In this document: positions 57,475 through 64,000 of the stretch, piece after piece
How positions within the stretch are numbered: the stretch's first letter is position 1
Layout of the letters: each line of letters starts with the position of its first letter
DNA from: Chthoniobacterales bacterium
GTDB lineage: Bacteria > Verrucomicrobiota > Verrucomicrobiia > Chthoniobacterales > UBA10450
Reading direction: 5' to 3'
DNA length: 64,000 nucleotides
NCBI GenBank assembly: GCA_038258245.1
Contig: JBBSQB010000008.1
Span: 31,405 to 95,404, forward strand
Position numbers and translations under genes: made by a program
Notes under the pieces: generated by a model
Databases searched by the model: none
What the model was told of the DNA's origin: nothing
The model's input: the letters and a program-made list of their open reading frames with translations, nothing else

Positions 57475-57648
57475 GCGATTTGCCAAATCTTTCCGGTGCG
57501 CTCCGGGCGGCTCGGGGAGCGCCTGTCTCCAGGGAGGCTGGTTTCGGTCTCCTGACCGAAACGAACTTCCGCCATGGGATCGGACCCACTCAAACCGCGG
57601 CCACTTCTTCGCGCTTTCGTTCCCAGAAGGCCACTCAGAAAGCTTCCC

Positions 57649-59082
57649 TCAATCCGGCGGGTCGAGCCGCGCGCCGGACGGCGTCCGCAACAACGGATAA
57701 CCCTCCGCCCGCGCGACGTAGGTGGCGATGGTGACGTCGCCGACCACGTTCACAGTGGTGCGGCACATGTCGAGAATGCGATCGACGCCGAGGACAATGG
57801 CGATGAGCGCCGGATTCACATTCACGGTGGCGAGCACGGCGATGATGAACGGGATCGATCCCGACGGCACGCCGGCCGTGCCGATGCTCCCCAGAATGGT
57901 GAGATAGACGACGGCGAGCTGCTGGCCTAACGAGAGATGGACGCCAGCCAATTGCGCAAGGAAAAGAACAGTCACGCCCTCGTAGAGCGCAGAGCCATTC
58001 TGGTTCGCCGTCGCGCCGACGGTGAGAACGAAGCTGTTGATCTCGCGCGGCACCCCGAGATTTTCCTCGGTCACACGCAAAGCAGTCGGCAGGGTGGCGT
58101 TCGAGGAGGAAGTCGAAAACGCAGTCAACATGATCGTTTTGATGCGCCGGAAAAAGTCGAGCGGGGAAAGACGCGACAGGAAGTAAATCAAGATCGAGTA
58201 AACGCCGAACATGTGAAGGCTGAGCCCGATGAGGACGGTCGCGACAAACCAGCCGAGCGCGGTGAGAAGATCGAGGCCGAAGCGCGCGGTGTTATTAAAG
58301 AGCAGACAGGCGACCGCATACGGCGCGAATTTCATCACCATGTCGATGATCTTGACGGTGATCTCGTAGAGGGCTTGCAGCCCGCGAATAAGCGGCGCGG
58401 AGACCGGCGCGGGTACGAGCGTGGTCGCGATCCCGAGGACGAGCGCGAAGAACATGAGATGCAGCATGTTCGGCGGATCGCTCGCGAAACTGCCGAGCGG
58501 ATTCGACGGCACGACCGTTTTCACGATTTGCAAAACGGCGGAATCCTTGTTGGCAGCGGCGGTTTTTTCCGCCTGCTCCACCTGTTTGCTCGCGTCCAGG
58601 GCGTAACGCTGCTCGAGCTTGGCGCGACTCGCGGCATCGACGCGTTCGCCAGGGCGAATGACGTTGGCCAGCGTTAAACCAATCGCCACCGAAATGGCGG
58701 AGATGACTAACGAGTAAAGCAACGAACGCACGCCGACCCGCCCGATTTTACGAATATCCCCCAGCCCGGCGATGCCGACGACGAGCGACGACAGCACCAG
58801 CGGCACCACAATCATGAGGAGCGAGCGCAGAAAAAGCTGGCCGACTGGCTCGGTGATATTCGCGACCACCCACGCGATGCGCGGGTCGTCGCCGCCGAGG
58901 AGCGCGTTGGCAAGCAGGCCCGCTCCGACGCCTGCGCCCAACCCGATCAGGATGCGCGTGTGAAGCGCGAGCCCCTTCGGGCGATCGGGCGTGTTGTCGT
59001 CGAGATCAGTGGTGGTCTCGCGTTCGAAGTGATCGGGACTTTCGCGCTCGCTCGGTTCGTCAGGCATCTTGCCGCGGAGCAT
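57649..59082 (-). CDS. Dicarboxylate/amino acid:cation symporter (DAACS family)
   Basis: 'FLRSLLMIVVPLVLSSLVVGI', 'SSSNATLP', 'GATANQNGSALYEG' and 'DRILDMCRTTVNVVGD' family blocks. Confidence 0.85.
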   Translation of the reverse strand: MLRGKMPDEPSERESPDHFERETTTDLDDNTPDRPKGLALHTRILIGLGAGVGAGLLANALLGGDDPRIAWVVANITEPVGQLFLRSLLMIVVPLVLSSLVVGIAGLGDIRKIGRVGVRSLLYSLVISAISVAIGLTLANVIRPGERVDAASRAKLEQRYALDASKQVEQAEKTAAANKDSAVLQIVKTVVPSNPLGSFASDPPNMLHLMFFALVLGIATTLVPAPVSAPLIRGLQALYEITVKIIDMVMKFAPYAVACLLFNNTARFGLDLLTALGWFVATVLIGLSLHMFGVYSILIYFLSRLSPLDFFRRIKTIMLTAFSTSSSNATLPTALRVTEENLGVPREINSFVLTVGATANQNGSALYEGVTVLFLAQLAGVHLSLGQQLAVVYLTILGSIGTAGVPSGSIPFIIAVLATVNVNPALIAIVLGVDRILDMCRTTVNVVGDVTIATYVARAEGYPLLRTPSGARLDPPD

Positions 59083-59227
59083 GAAAGACCACGGAGAGAA
59101 AGGCGAGCGGTGATTGTAGCCGTCGCCCTGTGGGCGACGAGGGAATGGACGTTGCTCGAACTACGCGACAAGACAGCGACCTCGCTCAAGATGGACAACA
59201 CATCGCGCGCTTCCCGCAGGGAAGCGG

Positions 59228-60205
59228 CTACAGCGCCAGCTTCTTCGGCAGCTTTTGCTTGAGGATTTCGACGGGTTCGAAGAGGTCGCCCATTTTGTCG
59301 ACGCGCTTCAAGACCGCATCCGATGTGAAGGTGAGCAGCTTCGCGTTTTTCTTTTTCAGTGCGGTTTTCACTTCGTCCCAAGTCACCGGCGTGGAAACGG
59401 TCGGCTGCTCTTTCGCGCGCATGGAGTAAACGTTGACGGTTGTCTTGTGCTCGTCGTTCTGGCTCCAATCGACGAACACTTTTCCTTTGCGCAAGGCGCG
59501 CGCCATTTTGGAGAGAACGAGCTTGGGATGCTCGTGCTCAAGGTGCTCGGCGAGCGCGCGAGAGATGACTTTGGTTTGATCGAAAGTCGCGGGCGTGTTG
59601 AGCGGCACGTAAACTTGCAGCCCTTTCGAGCCGGAAGTTTTGGCGAATGATTTGAGCTTTAATTGGCCTAACAAGTCACGCAGCCAGAGTCCGACCTGAC
59701 AGCATTGCACGATGTCGGCGGGCGCGCCGGGATCGAGGTCGAAAACCATCATGGTCGGGCGAGCGACGTTGCGTTTGCGCGCGAGTGAAGTGTGCAGCTC
59801 GATGTCGGCGAGGTTGGCTGCCCAGACGAGGGTGGGTAAATCCTGCGCGAGGCAGTAATGCATGTCGCGCTGGTTCCCTTCGCTCCAGACTTTGGCCGTT
59901 TTCACCCACGAAGGCCGATGCGCCGGGCAATTCTTTTCGTAGAAGAATTCGCCGTCCACCCCGTTCGGATAACGCTTCATGGTGAGCGGCCGGTCTTTGA
60001 GGTGCGGGAGCAGAACGGGCGCGATGCGGATGTAGTAATCGATGAGCTGACCTTTGGTGAAGCCGGCTTTGGGATAGAGGATCTTGTCGAGGTTCGAAAC
60101 GGCCAGCTTTTTTCCTTCGACGATCAGTTCCGATTTTTTGCTCATCGCTGGCGAATTCTCAGCCGCAATGCTCGCGTTGTCACTCGTGCTCGTGTTCATG
60201 CTCAT
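59228..60205 (-). CDS. Stand-alone LigD-type NHEJ polymerase/primase domain protein
   Basis: 'LAVSNLDKILYPKAGFTKGQLIDYYIRIAPVLLPHLKDRPLTMKRYPNGV...FYEKN'. Start uncertain (alternatives at 60145 and 60256). Confidence 0.75.
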   Translation of the reverse strand: MSMNTSTSDNASIAAENSPAMSKKSELIVEGKKLAVSNLDKILYPKAGFTKGQLIDYYIRIAPVLLPHLKDRPLTMKRYPNGVDGEFFYEKNCPAHRPSWVKTAKVWSEGNQRDMHYCLAQDLPTLVWAANLADIELHTSLARKRNVARPTMMVFDLDPGAPADIVQCCQVGLWLRDLLGQLKLKSFAKTSGSKGLQVYVPLNTPATFDQTKVISRALAEHLEHEHPKLVLSKMARALRKGKVFVDWSQNDEHKTTVNVYSMRAKEQPTVSTPVTWDEVKTALKKKNAKLLTFTSDAVLKRVDKMGDLFEPVEILKQKLPKKLAL

Positions 60206-60294
60206 GCTCGTAATCGCTCTGTGGTCCGTGCCGGGGACGATCAGGAGCACGATCACGAGGATGAGCAGGAGGTCGGGATTCTTTCCGTTTTCCG

Positions 60295-61485
60295 CTATGA
60301 GAAGAACCGCTCAGGCGTGAGCATGGGTTGCGGGAGACAGATGCGCTCGACGAAATGTTCCCAGCTTTCCTGTCCGCTCAGAATTTTGATCTCCACGCGC
60401 AGGAAATAAATCGGCACCTGCACGGTGGTGAGACGAGGGAAACGGACGGCATCTTTTTCGGTGGTCACGATCATCTCAAGATCGCGGCGAATGCAGCGGG
60501 TGACGAAGCTCTGAATCTCGGCTTCGGTGAAGCGATGGTGATCGGTGTAGCTCTTGGCCAGCTCAATGCGCGCCCCAAGATTGCGCAAGCCTTCCTCGAA
60601 GCTCTCCGGCGCGGCGATCGCGCAAATCGAGCCGATGTATTTATCGCGCAAGCGCTCCAGCGGCAGCCGTTCGCCGGTGATGAGGTCTTGCAGGTGCAGC
60701 GGATGATGCGCGCATTCGATGATCTCGGCGGTGCGATTATAACGGCGGATGCGCACAATTAATGCGTCGTTAGGCTGGCTGGTGCTCTTGGTGATGAAGA
60801 TGTAACTGGCGCGCCGTAGATTGCGGGGCGGCTCGCGCAAGGTTCCGCGCGGCAGGAGAAATTCGTTCCCGAACGGCGCCTGGCGATCAATCAAAACAAT
60901 ATCGAGCCGATGCTTGAGATGAAGATACTGGAGGCCATCATCGAGCAAGAGCGTGTCGGCCTGCATTTCTTTGATGGCGTGCAGCCCGCTCTTCACGCGA
61001 TCCTTGTCCACGAGGACGATGACGTCCTTCAAATTGTTCGCGAGCATGTAGGGCTCGTCTCCCGCGGTCAGCGAATCGAGCAAGAGCGCTTTCCCATCGG
61101 AAACAATGCGAGGTGGATTAATGGCCCGGCCGCGCAGGCGATCGAGCCATTTTCGTTTCGTGGGCTGCGGCACACTTTTGTAGCCGCGGCTCAGGATCGC
61201 CACTTTGCGCCCGCCCAATTGCAAAGCACGCGCGATCTTTTCGACGATCGGCGTCTTGCCGGTGCCGCCGACGGTGAGATTGCCAATGCTGATGACGAGG
61301 CACCCGAGTGTGCGCTCGCGAAAAATTCGCTTCCGATAAAAATAGAGACGCGCCTGGACGATGCGTTCGTAGACGAAGGAGAGCGCGTAGAGCAATCCGC
61401 GCAACGTGGCCGCGCGCACCCCATGCCGCCGGCCGAGGATGACGTCGATGGCGAACTGTTCGAGATTTTCGGCCGAGCGTCCCAT
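60295..61485 (-). CDS. lpxK: Tetraacyldisaccharide 4'-kinase
   Basis: '[19 protein letters not shown]' P-loop, typical of LpxK. Confidence 0.85.
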   Translation of the reverse strand: MGRSAENLEQFAIDVILGRRHGVRAATLRGLLYALSFVYERIVQARLYFYRKRIFRERTLGCLVISIGNLTVGGTGKTPIVEKIARALQLGGRKVAILSRGYKSVPQPTKRKWLDRLRGRAINPPRIVSDGKALLLDSLTAGDEPYMLANNLKDVIVLVDKDRVKSGLHAIKEMQADTLLLDDGLQYLHLKHRLDIVLIDRQAPFGNEFLLPRGTLREPPRNLRRASYIFITKSTSQPNDALIVRIRRYNRTAEIIECAHHPLHLQDLITGERLPLERLRDKYIGSICAIAAPESFEEGLRNLGARIELAKSYTDHHRFTEAEIQSFVTRCIRRDLEMIVTTEKDAVRFPRLTTVQVPIYFLRVEIKILSGQESWEHFVERICLPQPMLTPERFFS

Positions 61486-61488
61486 CCG

Positions 61489-62322
61489 TTAAAGGAGACG
61501 CGCGCCGCGATTGTCGGCGGTGGTGATGAGGGTGCGCGCTTTCGAGCCGGCGGCCTGGAGCATGGCGGCGGCGACGCGATGGGGCGAGCGTGTCGTTAGG
61601 CAAATAATCGTGGAACCGGAGCCGCTCAGGAATCCGCCCAGCGCACCGGCTTTCTCGCCGGCCGTCAGCGCCTCGTCGAAGAATGGAATGAGCTTCTTGC
61701 GAAACGGTTGATGCAAATGATCGACGAATGTCCCGCGCAATTTCTCGTAATTCTCCGAGGCGACCGCGGCGGTGATCGCGCAAGCGTTGCCGCAGGATTC
61801 GACCGCGGCGAGATGGCGCAGACGCTCGGGCAGAAGACGCCGCGCCGTGGCCGTAGCGATTTCGAAATCGGGGACGAGCAGAACGAAATGAAGCCGGGAG
61901 GAAACGGAAAAGCGCTGCGCCTGCGTCCCGCGCGCGACATTGAATCCGCCGAAATTTGCCGGCGCGGCGTTATCGGGATGACCTTCGAGTCGCGCGGCGA
62001 GTTCGAAGAGCCCTTGACGGCGCAGCGGTTTGCCGGCGAGCGCGTTCAACCCGTGAAGCACTCCGGTGCGCACGCTCGCGCTGCTGCCCAATCCCCGCGC
62101 CACCGGAATGACGGAAGAGATGGAGCAGGAAAACGGGAACGGCGGAATCTCGGCAAATTCGAAGAAGAGGCGCGCCGCCGCGCTGACCATGGGCGGCACG
62201 CGCAGGCCAGTGGTGCGCGAAACCGTGATGTCGTTGTAGAGGCGGAGGGCGACGCCGAGGCAATCGTAGCCGGGTCCGAGGTTCGAAGTGCTCGCAGGAA
62301 CGCGGACGATGACTTGAGGCAT
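61489..62322 (-). CDS. thrB: Homoserine kinase
   Basis: 'VPASTSNLGPGYDCLG', 'GLGSSAS' and 'EGHPDNAAPANFGG' GHMP/ThrB motifs. Confidence 0.8.
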   Translation of the reverse strand: MPQVIVRVPASTSNLGPGYDCLGVALRLYNDITVSRTTGLRVPPMVSAAARLFFEFAEIPPFPFSCSISSVIPVARGLGSSASVRTGVLHGLNALAGKPLRRQGLFELAARLEGHPDNAAPANFGGFNVARGTQAQRFSVSSRLHFVLLVPDFEIATATARRLLPERLRHLAAVESCGNACAITAAVASENYEKLRGTFVDHLHQPFRKKLIPFFDEALTAGEKAGALGGFLSGSGSTIICLTTRSPHRVAAAMLQAAGSKARTLITTADNRGARLL

Positions 62323-62398
62323 GCGATGAAGTTTGTGACTCGTTAGGCAAACGGGTCGTCCGGCATTCTATCGCAGCGCTCGGCGGCGGCAACCTTTT

Positions 62399-62641
62399 GA
62401 AAGCGGAGAGCGGAAAGCGGAAACCGGAAAGCTCCTGTCGGTCATTCCGAGCGAAGCGGAGCGAAGTCGAGGAATCCCGGGGCGAAACGACAAGGTGCCG
62501 ATCACAGCGGAAAACGAGGCGAAGAGATGCTTCCTGGTAACGCGGCGGGATCCCTCACCCCGAAAGCATTCGGGGCTCGGGATGGCAGCGAGTGGGTCCG
62601 CCTTCTTTCTTTCCGGTCTCCGCTTTCCGCTCTCCGCTTTC
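62399..62641. repeat. 243-nt MITE-like element with 33-nt terminal inverted repeats
   Basis: 62399-62431 (gaaagcggagagcggaaagcggaaaccggaaag) matches the reverse complement of 62609-62641 at 32/33 positions. The interior is also self-complementary. Confidence 0.75.
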
Positions 62642-62694
62642 GAACAGTCTTTCCGCTTTGGCGTTTTCGGACTTCTGCCTAATTTGAGGCGCGC

Positions 62695-63612
62695 GTGGAG
62701 GACAAAACTGTTTGGATCGAGCCGGAGCTGTTTCGTCATTTTGAGGCGGAAGGGACCGATGCGCATCGCCTTTGCACCTACTTCGAAGGCTGGGTGGAAC
62801 GCTATGGCGCCGATGTGATCATCTCTTATAAGAGCGAGGTCGCGCGCGAGCGCCTAACGACCGAATTTTGCCTCTGGGCGCTCAATTGCCAATTCAAATT
62901 TAACCGCATCTTCGAGCGGTTCCTTCCCAAAAAAAATGCAGAGCGCGTCGCACCCCGGCTCGCGCTCGGCGACGCCGGGACGAATTTGCAAAGCGTCGCC
63001 ACGGAGCGCATGACGCGTTACGGCATCGACTTCGCGGGCGGTTATTCGGCGGGCCTCTTCATCGATCAACGCGAGAACCGGCAGTTCGTGCGTAAACTCG
63101 CGCCGAAAAAACTGCTCAATTGTTTTGCCTACACCTGCTCGTTCTCAGTGGTGGCGGCCAGCGCCGGCGCACAAACCGTCAGCATCGATCTCTCGAAAAA
63201 ATCGCTCGCCCGCGGCCGTGAAAACTTTGCGCTGAACAGCCTGACGACCAACGACCACCGTTTTCTGGCCGACGACGTGCTCGACGTTCTCCCGCGACTG
63301 GCCCGGCGCGGCGAGAAGTTCGATTGCATTATTCTTGATCCACCGACCTTTTCGCGCTCCTGGCGGGGCAAAGCCTTCCAGGTCGAGCGCGATTTCGGGG
63401 GACTGCTTCAGGCTGCGCTCGAACTGATCGATCGCGATGGCCATATCCTGCTCTCGACCAATTGCACCAGTCTCAACCAGCATGCGCTCGAAGTGATGGG
63501 GCGATTTTGCCTGAAGGCGACGCGACGCGCGGGCGCGTTTCAGCACGCGCCGTCGCTTCCCGATGTGCCGGCCCCGGTGGCGGCGAGCACGGTGTGGCTC
63601 ACCTTGCGTTGA
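62695..63612 (+). CDS. Class I SAM-dependent rRNA methyltransferase (RlmI/RlmK-like, no PUA domain)
   Basis: GTG start. 'LNCFAYTCSFSVVAA.AGA..VSIDLSKKSL' and 'FDCIILDPPTFS' motifs. Confidence 0.65.
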   Translation: MEDKTVWIEPELFRHFEAEGTDAHRLCTYFEGWVERYGADVIISYKSEVARERLTTEFCLWALNCQFKFNRIFERFLPKKNAERVAPRLALGDAGTNLQSVATERMTRYGIDFAGGYSAGLFIDQRENRQFVRKLAPKKLLNCFAYTCSFSVVAASAGAQTVSIDLSKKSLARGRENFALNSLTTNDHRFLADDVLDVLPRLARRGEKFDCIILDPPTFSRSWRGKAFQVERDFGGLLQAALELIDRDGHILLSTNCTSLNQHALEVMGRFCLKATRRAGAFQHAPSLPDVPAPVAASTVWLTLR

Positions 63613-63659
63613 CATTTTCTAACGCGCAGCGAACCGTCAGCATCCGAAAGATTACTACC

Positions 63660-63932
63660 ATGGACGATCAGATTTCCGAAGATTTCGCCGAGCGCGGCCT
63701 GCGCTACACGAAAGACCAAGTCGAGCAGGTGCTCCAGCAAACCGAGGAGTATGTGCGCGAGAAGCCGCTGCAGTCGATGGGCTACGCGGTCCTCGCCGGC
63801 TTCATTCTCAATCGGCTGCCGATCTTCCGAATTTTCGGAACGCTTGTGCGCCTGCTGATGTTTGCCTTCAAACCGGCGGTGCTCATCTACGGCGCCACCA
63901 AGCTTTACCAAGCCGCGCAGAACGAAGAGTAA
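63660..63932 (+). CDS. Small tail-anchored membrane protein (DUF883/ElaB-like architecture)
   Basis: 90 aa with a charged helical N-terminus and a C-terminal hydrophobic segment. Followed by a terminator. Confidence 0.45.
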   Translation: MDDQISEDFAERGLRYTKDQVEQVLQQTEEYVREKPLQSMGYAVLAGFILNRLPIFRIFGTLVRLLMFAFKPAVLIYGATKLYQAAQNEE

Positions 63933-63937
63933 ATTGT

Positions 63938-63964
63938 AGCCGAGGTCGCTGACCTCGGCTTTTG
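63938..63964 (+). terminator. Rho-independent terminator
   Basis: AGCCGAGGTC-gct-GACCTCGGCT, a perfect 10-bp stem followed by TTTGG. Confidence 0.7.
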
Positions 63965-64000
63965 GCGGGGCGCCGTCTGTTCTGCGGCCGCGGTCGGCGA

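Noticed and set aside
26430-62860. Reading the abundant 9-mer as a Chi site, a KOPS/FtsK-orienting sequence, or a protein-level motif
   Set aside because: The 15:13 strand split shows no polarity in this window, and the density (about 1 per 1.3 kb) is far above typical Chi/KOPS densities. The copies are translated in different frames into unrelated peptides, so there is no common protein motif. Polarity over a whole replichore cannot be excluded from 64 kb.
1-64000. Prophage, IS element or integrative island with its own mobility genes
   Set aside because: No integrase, transposase, recombinase, phage structural or conjugation genes are recognisable. Mobility is suggested only by repeats and compositional contrasts.

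Overview
This 64-kb window comes from a high-G+C Gram-negative chromosome. lpxK is present. The exosortase/PEP-CTERM machinery and the intergenic repeat families look PVC/Verrucomicrobia-like, but that placement is inference only. Bases 1-26.4 kb are an accessory surface-polysaccharide island. It carries a truncated ABC-2 export permease, a Wzx-like flippase, a Wzy/O-antigen-ligase-like protein, about 9 glycosyltransferases, 4 SAM methyltransferases, 2 epimerases, 2 secreted beta-helix proteins and an exosortase-EpsI pair. It also has a lower-G+C sub-cluster of aminotransferase, cytidylyltransferase, GNAT and a CDP-alcohol phosphotransferase. Bases 26.4-64 kb are mostly core genes: mutL, an A-type Fe-S carrier, a translationally coupled kynU-trpC-trpF-trpB-trpA-kynB operon, 3-hydroxyanthranilate dioxygenase plus ACMSD, cls, an MscS channel, lpxK and thrB. 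No rRNA, tRNA, CRISPR array, transposase or integrase was seen. The strongest signal is at the DNA level. The 9-mer GCCTAACGA/TCGTTAGGC occurs 28 times exactly (about 0.5 expected), on both strands. It is embedded in coding sequence in every readable frame, is fairly evenly spaced across the core region, and is almost absent from the polysaccharide island. This resembles a DNA-uptake-sequence-like or other genome-wide protein-recognition motif. Other signals are several REP/MITE-like repeat families, a 93-nt direct repeat that duplicates the cls 3' end around a single inserted gene, and a frameshifted MAPEG gene.
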